Positions 25,381 through 38,891 of a stretch of DNA of 64,000 nt are shown in pieces (within the stretch, counting starts at the first letter, position 1; each line of letters starts with the position of its first letter). A program made the position numbers and the translations under genes. Source of the stretch: Schmidtea polychroa (Eukaryota); contig CM097888.1 of assembly GCA_044892525.1 (NCBI GenBank), forward strand, positions 69,812,001 through 69,876,000, written 5' to 3'. Below the pieces are notes generated by a model. It made no database searches. It was given only the letters and a program-made list of their open reading frames with translations, and was not told the origin of the DNA.

Positions 25381-28300
25381 ATTATTGCCAATAGTGTATG
25401 GAAGATGGTCTCATTATGTTCAAATTGCTTGAAAAATAACAATCCACTAAATTTAGCAAATGATGTATCATCAACCTCTAGACCGTCTTTTGGAAACGAA
25501 GTGAGTTTATTTATATTTTCTCTATTATAAAATATGTAAATTTAGGATCCAATATCTAAAGCTCTTTTGAATTTACAGGTTATTTATTGTAAATTATATT
25601 TGTAAAGTTATTTTATTTTTTTATTAATCTTTAATTGCATATTTCTTTGTTTTCTTTATAGAATAGCTTGACGATTTTCAGTGACACATAAATTATGTTT
25701 TTTTATAAAGATTAGTAATAACATTATTCTGCTTATTGTATTAAAAAATAAAGTTAAGCTTTGCTTGTTTACATTTACTATAAAAATATTTTCATTAAAA
25801 GACAAGCTTTACCCGTGATTATAAGCCATTTGTTCAATTATCATCCAACCCTACAAAACTATAAGTAAATTAAGATTAAGGCCTTTATAATATATAATTT
25901 AAAATAAACTTGAAAAAGGCAGTGCCGAAAATTCGTGAGTATCAAAAAACATCGATATATTACTGATTTATAGTCTTCAAGCTCTCTTTAATAAATTCAA
26001 TAATAATAATATACATACAGTAAATACATACAAATTAAATTTGAGCAATCTTCATATAAATTATAAAGTTTTATTGGCTTTTTTTCCTAGCAACATTTGG
26101 CTTATTTTTCAGTATGCTTTTTTCCGGCATCCCTTTAGATCAGTAACCATAATAATTCTGAAAACAAGGTATTTCCTTATGATGTATTATTTTTTGTAAG
26201 TGAAATTAGGGACCATTCATATATTTATTGGGAAGGAAATGATGAATTTTAGGAATTTTAGTGTAATAGTGAATCCCCTACGTTTTTAGATTCTAGAGAT
26301 TGAGAAATATATGCATAACCTCTATGACCTATATGTGTGGTGCTATAACATGTAAATGTGCGTTTATATATGAGTAATTTATATTTGTTAAAAAGTAAAT
26401 TTGAATATAACATATCTAATGAATTGGAGAAACAAAGGAATATATATATATATATATATATGTTTTAAATGTTTTTTACATTATATATAAAGTAATGATT
26501 AAGATATGATATATTACTCACTAAAATGCCTTTATTTGACTCCTTTTATTGTTTTCTTTGAATTTAATATAATTTATTTATTAGAAAATGATATGAAAAA
26601 TATAGCTTTATGTTATTCTTCAATTTTTCATTAGTTGATGTAATGAAGTTAGTTCAAGAGACTAAAGTAACACAGTCATAGAAGGTTGGATGGAGTTTGT
26701 TAATTCCCTTATTTAAATATTTATTTGCACGCTGGTAGTGGTGGTGGGTTGTTGTAATCGAACCAGTCGGGGGCTTCTGCAATTGTTAACTTTTTTATAA
26801 AACACTAATTAATTCCGTCAAAGTTCCAATGGCCCTTTGTCGTCTTTGTGCATTCATCTGAATAATATCGAGAATGTGTTGGCAGTTGATTACCCCAACA
26901 GGCTAGACTACGATGCTTACGGCCTTTTTGATCCCACTTTTAGGAAATACATATCACCGTATGGACACAAAAGAATAGGACTGGCGATATTAAAAGTATT
27001 AACTTAACCCTGATTCCCTATTTTTAGCCCATAAACTCATATTTTTTAATATAAAATGACTATCAGTTTAACTTATTCTTGATCCATTTCAAACCATTCC
27101 TACTCTTATATAGCTCTTCAAACAACCTTACGGTGACTCTAAGTTGACCTTTCCCTCAAACTTTGACCTCTAATACGACTATTTTGATCATAAAATAACA
27201 ACTTCAAAGGAGACTTTTAAAAAGGCACTAGTTATTGTTTTAAGTGGGTTAAGAAATTCAATAGACTCAAATAATGTTTTTATTAAAAACTAGACTATGA
27301 ATCAGTAAAGACATCGATGTTTTTTTGATATTCACGAATTTTCGGCACTGCCTTTTGAAAATATTTTATTCAACATTGAAAATTTGTTTGAAAATTATAA
27401 AAATTTTTATTAAATAAATACTTGGAATTATGACGTTAGCTTTTGAACCTGATTTAAAAAATAATTTAGAATATGTGTTAGCAGCTTCTAATATGGTGAC
27501 CACGTCTATGGATTTCTTCATAAAGAAGCTATTTCCAAACGATTATCATTGAGGAGATGATGTTGAAACATTCATTAAAGAACGCGATAAATATTTTAAA
27601 GTGGTACAAATGCCTACTTCAAGACAAGAAGTGATGATCGAATTACTGATCGACAAACAGATCAGAGATGTATATACAGGAGTTAACCAATATATCAAAT
27701 GTTATAAGGAAAGATTGAGGAAGACATTCGTCAAGAAAACAAGTTTGGCAGAGGATTTATAATCTGCTATGTCTTATAGACAGACTAGTGAAGAGCCCGA
27801 TAAATATTTTACTATTATAGACGGGTTAGTCGATAAAATATGAGTTAAACAAAGAAAGTTTAATAGAATATCTGCTGGTACACTGTGCACCCGAGAAGAC
27901 TTTGAAACGAGAATTGTGTTTAAGTGACACCAAAGGAACAACGGAAGTGAAGAAAAAAATCAAGAAGTTACGTGAATCTCGTATAGTTGCAGAAGAAATC
28001 TATGCAGTGAGAGAAAGAAGGCCCGAACAGAATATAACAAGAAGTTACAGAGACGCAGTAACAAATCAAGCAAGAAATGTATCACCAGGATATAATAGCG
28101 AGCGGAGACCGAACAGAACTAAGAATGAATGCTGGAAATGTCACATAACAAAGAAGGTAGTTACATGTGGGAGACAAGGACATGTAAGAAGTCAGTGACC
28201 ACAGATGCAGAGAAAGGTAGTCGAATGTTATGCGTGTGGTACCCCGGGACACGTGAGAAGAGATTGTCAAAAATTAAGGTGTACGAGGTGTAGCTTCGGG

Positions 28301-31300
28301 GTCATAAAGAGGCAGATTGTTGCACAAATTTGAAGAAAATGAGATATCGGAAAATCAATAAGAATTTTGGTAGACAAAAAGAACGATACGATACGATACA
28401 AGGAATGGTTATCAAGGAACGAGAAAGGATACAAGACAAGCAGACAAGAGATACGTAGCATTCATAGACGAACCAAGTGATGAAAGAATAGAAGATAAAT
28501 ACAAGAATATCAAAATATCAACGCCCCGATAGAAGATGAGATAGTCGGGCAGTGTATTAAACAGCGATGCTGACTCCCAAATTATTTATGATTATAATAA
28601 AAGTAAAATATCATGTATTATAGAAAAAGATGTGAAAGATACAGAGGTAACGGAAGAGGAAAAAATGTAATAAGGAAAGTAAATAGATTCATAAAAAAGG
28701 ATTTTGCAGAAAAAAGAAAGAGAAAAAATACAAATAAAAAAAATTGAATAAGAAATTAGATGAATGGAAAAATGATATTATTAGTTATCGTAAAATGCAA
28801 GTGTAACTATTAGAATACAAGACCAGAGGATGGAATGCTTGCTCGATACAGGAGCTACAGTAAATGTCACGAGTTGGAGCAAATTTGAGAAACTTAAAAA
28901 TGTAGAACTAACAAAAACGACTGATACATTGAGATGTGCAAATAATAGTGTTTTAGAAACGAAAGGTAAAGCAATATTAGAAATAGGAATGAATGGCAGA
29001 AAAATAACGGTAAAGTTATACGATAGTAAGATATATGACTCTAGAGTTAATTGGTGGCATAGAGTTGCAAAAACAATTTGGTATACAACTAAAGTGGCCA
29101 GTAGAAGAGGTCGAGAAAACGAAGCAAGAGCATATATGCAGTATCGAAGCCAAATTTGGGAAGACAATAACGGAGCAAAGAAAACTTTAAAGATAAATAA
29201 CCCGATACTACTAAACATAAAAAAACAGAATCAAAATGTTTTTATGGCTGATAAATGGGACATTGCCTGCAATATTATCAAAAAGTGTAATTCGCCATGG
29301 AACACTCCATTAATATGCGTCTGGAAGAAAGAAAAGCTAGATATCAGATTATGCCTTGATTTCAGGCAATTAAACCTAGTAACAGAGAGAAAAGATATAT
29401 AGTCGCAATTATTGATCAATTTAGCAGATTTATCTCTCTGACTACTGTCGCTAAACATGATGAGGAAACGGTGAAGGAAACAATACTACAAAAATGGATT
29501 CTTAGATTTGGAGCACCAAAGGAAATTCACACAGATTGTGGAAAAGTATTTGAATCTAAGACGATGAAAGATTTTACAAAATCAATGGGAATTACACTAT
29601 GCTTTTCAAGTCCGTACCACCATAATACCAATGGTGTGATAGAACGTCAATTCAGGACAATAAGAGACTATTTAAATGCATCATTAAAAGAAAAAAGTAG
29701 AACAGATTGGGCAGAGATCATACCAAAGATTGAATTTACTATGAATGTAACATTTCAGAAATAAATTGGAAGAAGTCCCGCAGAAGTAATATTAGGAAGC
29801 AAATTAGCTCGAGAACAATTTCATAGTAGAGCGCCGATTTCACAAAAAGAAGATACACGAGAAACAACACAAAAAAAAGATCATTCAGTATTGGAGATGA
29901 GGTTCAGGTAAAAGTAGAAACAAGAACGAAAGACAAGGTAAGATACGAAGGGCCATTCAGAATAATGCAGAAGATCCATATCGCCGATATCTGCTACAAG
30001 ACCAAAGTGGGAAAATACTTCAAAGAAATGTTGAAAAGATGAAGAAAGTTCTTAAAGAAGGGAGATGTAAAGTGTTTTCAGCTGAGAATTAAATATTTCA
30101 ATGATTTATTAAGATAATTTTAAATGATAAACAATTAACCATTAAAATAATTTTTAAATTGAATATTTTAAATTGAAAAATTAAACAAGCTTTTTAAAAT
30201 AAGTTTTATTAGTAAATAATTTTTAAATAAATATATTTTAAATATCGAAATTTTAATAAATGGTTTTGAAAATATTTTATTCAACGTTGAAAATTATACA
30301 ATTTTTTATTAAATAAATACTTATGTCTAAAGATGTCAATTATCCGGACTTTCTGGTATCCGGATATCAAATAGCTTAAACATGAAATATCCGGATATCC
30401 GGATACTATTTGGATATTTGCCAATTCTGAAATTTAGAAAAAAAATCAAAATATTTTAGTTTTTAAGTTCATTTTATTTAATTCAAGAAAAAGAAAGTAT
30501 ATAATAATATAGTTTTATTATTTTTAATCATTATTAATTTATTATTCATTATTGAAATAATATTTCAAGAATACCAAAGCGTTCAACAATGGAAACTGAA
30601 GTCTACTTCTTAATTTTGTTGAAAATGTACCAGCCACCGAGAAAACTCTCTCACTGCTAGTGGAGGTTGGTTGAATCGTATTAAGAGCATTCAAAAGTTT
30701 TTCTAAGTTGTGAGTTAGTTTTCCATTGCCTTCAAGAAGTTTAAATTCTTTTTGTAAAGAGTCAAAATTATTTTTTTGAAATTTTGTTGGATTTTCACTG
30801 CTCATGGAAGCTATAGATTTTTTCAATTCCATAACCAATGTAATCGGTTCGCAAATTTCATCCTCAGATCCGGACGAAGACACATGATTTTCATCTTCTG
30901 GAATTGCATACAATCGACTCATTGTATCTTTTGCATAGGCATAGATTGCTGGTTTCGAAGCATATGTAATATCATCAAAATTATCATCTCGGGAGATTGA
31001 TGAATTTTGTAGAAATTTCATCAAAGATACTACTTCTTTATTTCTTCGTTTTAAAATTTCTGTTTTTAATGACGTCAACATTTCATTGCTCAAATCTGAA
31101 TCAATATCGTTTAATTTTTTAAACATAAATTTAAAAACACCTTCGCTAGATAAAAGTGTTGCTTGTTCGTTACTCAACTCTTTTACACCTAATTCAAGTG
31201 GTTTTAAGATATTTAACATATTTTCTAGGATTACGAAATTTTGTTCATTGTAATATTCTTTTTCCGTTCCTAATAAGTCAATCAATGATTGTTTAATACA

Positions 31301-34300
31301 TTTTTTTTAACTTTAGGAGTCGCTCAATCATAGGGACCAATGAGTTCCACCTGGTTTTGCAATCCAACAGTAAATGTAATTCTTTTTTTTCTTGTTCCAT
31401 AACATATTTTTGAAGAACATTTTTTCGAACAGCAGAAAATTTAAAAAATTTTATAAACAAAAATCTCTAAATGTAATGTTAGTGCACAGCCAACTCTGAT
31501 TATTATGTAAAATTCAAATTTTTGAAACGATAAAAATTTACTTTTTCGAAAATAAAATATCCGGATAATTGATTCAAAATATCCGGATTTCGAATTATCC
31601 GTAATTCAGAAAATATCCGGATAGCTCAAACCGATTATTATCCGGATTGCCATCCCTACTTATGTCGTTAGCTTTTGAACCTGATTTAAAAAATAATTCA
31701 GAATATGTGCTAGCAGCTTCTAATATAAACTATATAGATTGAATAATAAACGCGACGATTAAATTTAGGGAGATTTACTTATTCGCAGCTACTTTATAAC
31801 AAAAATGACAATACACTACAGGGGTGTTCGGTAGCATCCTGGTAGTCAACTCGGCAAATCAGAATTATAATCGCGATAAGTGTACTTGTTCCACAATTAA
31901 CGTTAATAGGAATATAGGTTGCTACTGAAATATAATAGGGATAAAAATGATAGCGATAACGAAAATGATAATAATATAAACAGGCCTAAATCGCGATATT
32001 AAAGATACTATTCTTTTCAGGGATAATAATTATAGTATGAATGGTGATAATAATAGCAACGGTCATAATAATAATAATGAGAGTAAATGACATAGTAATC
32101 GTATCAATGATAGTGTCTATAAATATGATAATGATCTTGTAGTCACAATAGTAAATAAAATGCTACATAACGAAAATATACTGATGTCAATGATACTGAA
32201 ATGATTGTCATAAAGATAATAAAAATCACTAGTAATAATATTCATAAGTGTCGAATTGATAGTTATTAGATTCACGAATGAGTGGCAAAGATAATATTAA
32301 TCATAACATAGAAAACACCATATGTAGTTTGTTATAGATCAGGCATCGAGTCATTGTCCTGGATCTCTAGATTTTCTTTCGTCGATACCGTGTATCCATC
32401 AGAAATCTCTGAGAGCACTGAATGTTCATAAAACTCGGAGTTTTTATTAATTAATTAAAACATAATTATACATTATTAAAGCATAAATAAAATCAAATGA
32501 ATGCCAACGTGTCGGGCTCTTGTTCATCCAGATTGTCATCCGTCCTATCTGATCCCGACAATCTTTGGGTCTCGTTGTCTCCATATTTCTGCCTTATTTC
32601 CTTTCGGTTGACTCGCTGGTGAATGAAGCCTATTGGTTTTGCATACTGACCCCACCAATACCATTCCTTTTAGCCATTTACTTTCTTGTAACATCACTTG
32701 AACGTATTTCAATTTTTTATGATAATATTAATAAAATCAAAAGTACCTAAATCGTTTAGGGCTAAAAAAATGTTTCATCGATATTAGCGTGCCCATATAG
32801 ATACTTCTAAAACATACATAAGGTCGATTGAAATTCATCGATAAAAAAATCACCCATCTAGAATTGCGTAGACGCCTTATGGAAACCTGACAAGTATTTG
32901 AAGGATCTCCAGAACATGTTCAAAAACAATTGAACCTATTCGAAAAATCATTACAGTGACTTCCGAATCTACCTAAGAGCTGGTGAACCTTGAAATGATC
33001 TCTCAATAACATATCAATGACCTCAAGATATTCGTATAATAATATCAAAACAATTTAAGTTCATTCTTAAAATACATGAGAAAATATTGGGTTCTATAAC
33101 TTGACGACTAATATTATTAGGAAACATTTGACCATATAATATATTTGGTTCAAAAGCTGTGAGCGAATTCAAAATTTCATTTGACTCTAAACTTCGATCA
33201 TAAAATATTTGATTCAGATTCTGTTAGCATATTCAGAAATTCATTTGATTCAAAAACATAAAGCATATCCAAAAATCATTTGATTCGAAAATTTGCGCAT
33301 ATCCTAAAAACTCTTAAATTCAAAATTAAAATTTATTATCAAAATTAGAGCATATCTTAGATATTGTTAGATAAAGTATTAAGACCGATCACAAATTTAA
33401 CCTGTAAATAAGAGAAAATATATTTCCTTAAACAATAATTATTCAATGTACAACTCATCAATTATCGGAGGTTATTCATATATTTTAAAGTGATGGCTTT
33501 CTGGTATCTGTGTATTCCGTGCCATAGTGACAATAGTCTTTTTAAGACTACTGTAAGGTTTGATAACAAGAATTCTGTATCACTTTTGACACAATATTAG
33601 TTTAGCTTTGCAATGATAAATTGTCTCGCCATTTATTATTAATTTTTAGGCTAAAATAAAGTTGCTGGAAGCTCAAAGGAATGAAACAAATATGCTCTTA
33701 TCTACCGACTTTTTATCAAGAAATAATAATGCAGAATCCAGTTTTCTATCTCCTTTATTGAAAGATTTAAAAAATGACTCCTATAACGATCTTTCAAAAT
33801 TCACCTCAAAAAATGAAGACATTCTGAGCAGAGAAATAAATGATATAGATTATAATATAGAAAAAGGTGCGTTGTTATATTTTTATTGACTGGAAGGTTT
33901 TATTTTTAATTATTCCTGGTCTAATAAGGTGGGTAGAAATTTTATTCCATCACGTCCAATAATTATTTTTCTTCTTATATTACTAGTTTAAGTACCCTCC
34001 AAAAATAATAATTATAATGTTAACAATAATATAAATAATAATAGAAGTAATAAATATATTTACCATATAATGATAACAATAATTGTGATAGTATGTGTAT
34101 AAACATATAACCATATATAAACACATATTATATAATAATTGCATAATATTTAGCCTCGCATTAATTTATAATCCGTCTCGTAAGTAATAATATTCATTTG
34201 TCCCTCTTACGCATATAGTGATCATCCACGTTGGTACTTACTACTATTACTACTGCAACTCTGGTTTCGATGTATCCAGTATGTTTCTCTATTCAAAATG

Positions 34301-34859
34301 ATGCCCGAAGAGACACTTTAAGTCTCTTCTATTGGATTTTGTTTTGGTTTGACTATGCAAAAATAGTAAAGTGGTTTACCGGACTTCTGTGGGGTGGAAA
34401 TAAAATAATAATAATTGCTAGGGATCAAAATACTTTCATTTTCTCTTATTAAAGCAAATGTTCTTGATCTTTGACCATTGAATAAATTAAATTTTGTACA
34501 GAATTAATTATATTAAAAATAATTATTGGATCATGATATATCATTGGAATGAAAGACTACTATCTTACTAGTGGATAATTTACAGGGCATCACTATATGT
34601 AAGAAATCAGAAATTATTATATTATCCTTAATAACTAATTTGTAATAATAATGGAACATTTCCTTTATTCTTTATCTTTAATATCGTTTGCATGGCCTTT
34701 ATTTAAAATTATAGATACATAAATTTTTTCTAGTGTTAATTGAAAGGTATAACAGGAGTTTATTAATGAATGCACAAAATAGAATAAAATAACTTCCATG
34801 TGGTCTGAATAGTAATATCAATTAAAAAAATGCTTGCTTACTGAATTTTATTATTATGA

Positions 34860-34945
<86 letters not shown>

Positions 34946-37900
34946 TAATCAAAAATCACCAACTAAGTATATTAAAATATAACATTATTATATATTTCGA
35001 CCTTGTAACAGTCTTCCTCAGACTAAGTCACAACTAAACGAAAATAATAATATTCAAACAAATTAATAACTAATAATCGTAATCAAACTGTATAAAAAAA
35101 TATTTTAATAAAATTTTGAAAAATATTTTTTTAATTAAAATAATAATAATAATAATAATAATAAATAGTTAAACATACATGGCAATGATTTAATTATAAG
35201 ATAACGCCAATCCAACATTCTTTTCACGATATATTTCGACAGTTTTCCTGTCATCATCATCCGTTCTCTTTTCTTGCACACCCTATGTGATGTTTCAACC
35301 CACCTATAGTGTATAGGAAGTTTATCATATGTAAGTGTTCGACTAAATTCATCAATCATGTTTAACTTGAAAAACTCTAATAATATAGTTGTACTATGCT
35401 TACGTAACACCTCCGCTTCGTTCCCTTCTTCAAACGTGATATGATTATCATTTTCCCGCTATTGTTTTCAGCGTTCTAATGGGGTTGGTGAAGCGAAGCG
35501 AACAGGGCCGGAGCCCCTAGTTTAATAAAAACATTTAATTATTTTTAAAAATTATAATTAAATTAATATATTATTTTTAAAATTTTAGCATTCAGAATTT
35601 AATTTAATAATTTAAAAAATTTTTTTAATTATTTAATTTAACACAACAATCAATACATACAAAAAAATATTATTTAAAAACATTTAAAATACAAGTATTC
35701 ACTGCATTCTGCACATTAATTTTCGGATTCAATGACTTTATCAACAACGCCTCACAAATCACATGTTCCCAGTAATTATCGAAATTTTTTAATAAAATTT
35801 TAAAATCAGACATACCTATTTTAATCTTACAGCCCTTATTGTGCTCACTAATATGGGTCAAAGCCTTCGGTCTATAATGTTCTCGAGCTGGAATACAGAG
35901 ATGACGGGAAGTCTCTCCAATGTATGTGGCATTACACCCATTACATGTAAACTGATAAACGAGATCGGAACACAATTCAACCGGAGTTTTTGACTTATTA
36001 ATAAACATATTGCGTAATTTCCATGAAGTTGACGCTATCCTATAGTTTAAATTTCCTAACTGCTTTCTTATCTTCACTTTATAATCCTTAAAACCTTCTG
36101 AGTACAGCAATACTAACACAAATTTAGGCTCATCATCCTTGCTCACACTATTTAATTTATTTTACTCATCAGACTGACACACCTCAACAACATCATACCC
36201 AGATTTTCTCAAACATGGATCCTTAGGATTTTTAATAAATTTGTCAACAATCTCTTTTACCATAATTAATAAAAGGGATTTTGAATATACGTTCTTCATT
36301 AACAATTCAACCAATTTGTCAACACTTTTTACTGAATTTTCAAAAGTAGAAGACAAAGACCATGAACGGTAAATCAACCCATTCATCATATTTCTTTTAT
36401 ATTTGAATTCACAAAAACTTTCGGATGAAATATAGAGACCAGTATCAGTTGGTTTTCTATAAATCTCTGTCTCATAGTGTTTCTCTTTGCGTTGTATTAA
36501 CAGATCCAAGAAAGCAAGTGATGATTTTTTTCTCCGTTTCACATGTGAATACAATGTTTTATGTAGACTATTCATATAATGCAAAAACGGATCAACATGC
36601 CTCTGATTTTCAAATATAAGAAAAATATCACATACCATTTATAAACAGTGGGTTTCATACATTGGAAGGATGCAATTTTCTTTTCTAAGCTTGCTAAAAA
36701 AATTGAAGCCATCGTTGGTCCTAAAGGAGGCACCATAGCAACTCCATCTATTTGTTGATACCATTCATTATTGTAAAGAAAATTGATTTTTGAAGTAGCA
36801 ATTACAAGAAGTTCACAAAATGCTCTTCCATCCAAAATATGATGTTCAGAAATGTTTTCATTCCATAACAGGCAACATAATTCAATTGTTTCAACCAATG
36901 GTACATTAGTAAACAGACTACAAACATCAAACCCATAGCTATTTGTTGATACAAAAAAAATATTAAATGTCTTTAAATAATAATTTTTTGTATATTGTTT
37001 GTATATTGATTGTTTGTTAAATTAAATAATTAATAAAATTTTTTAAATTATTAAATTAAATTCTGAATGATAAAATTTTAAAAATAATATTTAATTATAA
37101 TTTTTAAAAATAATTAAATGTTTTTATTAAATAAAAATGTTTTTTTATATAATTAATAAATTTGTTTAAAATCCTTAATTTATATAATTATTATATCCCA
37201 CCTGATGTTGACAGGAAAATTGTCGAAATATATCATGAAAAGAATGTTTGAATGGCGTTATCTTATAAATAATAATAATAATAATAATTGAACATGAAAT
37301 AATACTGGAAAATAATGACAATGAAAACTATAATGAGAGAAAAATTTAATAGCAGTTCAGCATTTTTTTTAATTTTAATTTAGTTATTTAATTTTTTAAA
37401 TGAAAGTTGTAAATCCAGGATTAATGCTTATTTCATACATACATTATTTATTAATTATGATTTGGAGAATTTTAAATAGTTATTAAAACTATAATTTATT
37501 TTTTTTAGATTTAGCACACGAGGCATTAAAATTAGCTGAAGAAAAATGTGAAAACCTAGAAAATCAATTATCAGCTTTGAAAAGATTATTTGTGAAAAGA
37601 GTTGTTGCTAAAGAAGACTCTGGTGTAATTGATTTTTCATAATATTATAATAGCTATTTATATTTTTTTATAGCTATTTTTTCACAATTAATCGACTCAA
37701 TATTGGTATTTATTTGACACATTTTTTTTATAAAGTTTTTTTTTAATTTCCACAAAGAATGTACCAAAAATCCGTGTTAAATAAATTAAAATATTGTTTT
37801 GTCTGAATTTTCCTAATTCTAATATATCTATTTAGTCTTTTAATTGTACGGAATCGGATGCCGAGAGTTCCAACCAACTATATGAGAAATCTGTCGAAAA

Positions 37901-38000
37901 GTTGATTTCGAACTCCGATTCCGGTATTATAATTACAACCAACGAAAACGACAGTAATAAAAATGTGATGAAGAAGAAAATTGGTGGAAATGTAACTAAA
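25381..38000 (+). CDS. Spliced host gene, coiled-coil protein resembling the Cep57/translokin N-terminal domain
   Basis: Phase-consistent exons: 25381-25500 (ATG 25405), 25546-25578, 33650-33866, then 37509 to either stop 37642 or donor after 37624, then 37836-38000. The joined peptide DPISKALLNLQ|AKIKLLEAQRNE and ALKLAEEKCENLENQLSALKRLF recall Cep57 ALKNLQEKIRRLELER and AETKCSLLEKQLEYMRRMV (comparison from memory). 3' end unresolved. Confidence 0.6.
25917..27353. mobile_element. Non-autonomous TIR DNA transposon (~1.44 kb), superfamily uncertain
   Basis: ~60-bp inverted repeats beginning AGGCAGTGCCGAAAATTCGTG at both ends. Flanks CTTGAAAA and TTTGAAAA. No ORF. Confidence 0.75.
27354..31725 (+). 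mobile_element. Internally deleted Ty3/Gypsy LTR retrotransposon
   Basis: The 5' LTR remnant 27354-27493 matches 30264-30327 plus 31659-31725. PBS TGGTGACC at 27494; gag with CCHC knuckles (~28130-28320); protease LLDTGATVNV (~28840); start of RT (SPWNTP..LCLDFRQLN) joined directly to integrase core (RFGAPKEIHTDCG); PPT AAAGAAGGGAGA before TG at 30066. Confidence 0.88.
30328..31658 (-). mobile_element. Ac/hobo-type hAT deletion derivative inserted in the Gypsy 3' LTR
   Basis: TIRs TAAAGATGTCAA and TTGCCATCCCTA; perfect TSD CTTATGTC (30320-30327, 31659-31666); clustered subterminal TATCCGGA repeats. Transposase C-terminus in ORF 30542-31285 (QPTSTSSERVFSVAG), with LLLDCKTRWNSL just upstream. 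Confidence 0.92.
34989..35021 (-). ncRNA. Minimal type I hammerhead ribozyme-like motif
   Basis: CTGAGGA-A-GAC-loop-GTC-GAAA-TATA-TA. Core intact, helix I weak. Confidence 0.55.
35225..35259 (-). ncRNA. Hammerhead-like motif in the Penelope terminal repeat (5' core truncated)
   Basis: TGATGA-T-GACAG-GAAAA-CTGTC-GAAA-TATA-TC-GTG. C3 and the helix I 5' strand are replaced by an adjacent insertion. Confidence 0.55.
35260..35520 (+). mobile_element. Helitron-like non-autonomous insertion
   Basis: Starts TC after A, ends with GC-rich GCGAAGCG...GGAGCCCCTAG before T. Absent from the inverted copy of the surrounding repeat. Confidence 0.5.
37198..37237 (+). ncRNA. Degenerate hammerhead motif in the inverted Penelope terminal repeat
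   Basis: CAC-CTGATGT-T-GACAG-GAAAA-TTGTC-GAAA-TATA-TC-ATG. A9 is mutated to T. Confidence 0.5.
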
Positions 38001-38146
38001 GTATGTATTATTTTTAATCATTAAAAATATCCTATCAGCTTTATTATAGATAGCTCATGAATAATTATTAAATGTTTATTTTGTGATATAATATATTATG
38101 CAGAGATAATCAAAATTGAATGGGTAACTGTAAAAATATAGAAATG

Positions 38147-38225
<79 letters not shown>

Positions 38226-38262
38226 TAAATATTTCGACAGACTCACTGTCATCGTCAGGTAG
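38226..38262 (-). ncRNA. Minimal type I hammerhead ribozyme-like motif abutting (TAA)n
   Basis: CTGACGA-T-GACAG-TGAGT-CTGTC-GAAATATTT-A. Intact core, perfect 5-bp helix II, self-complementary AAATATTT in place of helix III. Confidence 0.65.
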
Positions 38263-38891
38263 AATTGAAATTCAAACTAAATCAATCTAAATTGCTCTTT
38301 TTTAAACAAACTAATTCATTAATATTTTTAAATATCATTTTGCTAAAAATCATAAAATTCTATTTTCTCAATTCAAACTTTGATAAATTTTAAAAGTTTT
38401 AGAATTTTAAAACTTTCAAAATTAACAAAAGTTGATATCAATCAACATTTCAATAAATTTTTAACAAAATTGGGATTACTAATATTAATCAATTCCTTCA
38501 GTCGATAGCGATCAGGAACTTGAGAACGGAAATAATGTTCAGTCATCCCAACATATGACATAAATTTTCATAATCAAGATCCGAACACAATCTAAGTAGG
38601 ACTTGAAATCACCTTACAACATTGAATACACAACTTCTGGTTCAAAATCTTTACGCAAACTGTATAACGCTCCAAATTAAAATTATAAACCTAAACATAA
38701 AATTGTGTTTGCTGATATAAATCAATTCCCTCAGTTGACAGTTATCCAGAACTTGAGAATGGATGTGGCATGTATGTGGCATTGCAACCATGATATACAT
38801 ATTCATAACCAAGATCTGAATACAATCTAAGCCATAACCGAAATGGAATAACTTCACACTTTATATCACACAGCCAATTCAATCATTGATA

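Larger units (their letters stand above)
35196..37266 (-). mobile_element. Penelope-like retroelement (RT C-terminal part + GIY-YIG endonuclease), 5'-truncated, with inverted terminal repeats
   Basis: RT QIDGVAMVPPLGPTMASIF (36572-36898), thumb YRKPTDTG (36162-36638), GIY-YIG VYQFTCNGCNATYIGETSRHL...REH (35670-36146), with frameshifts. 35521-35687 is inverted at ~36964-37130, and 35196-35255 is inverted at 37209-37266. Confidence 0.92.

Noticed and set aside
32385-32410. CTGATGG-ATAC-ACG-GTATC-GACGAAA (minus strand) as a fifth hammerhead
   Set aside because: A9 is missing and extra bases separate helix II from GAAA.
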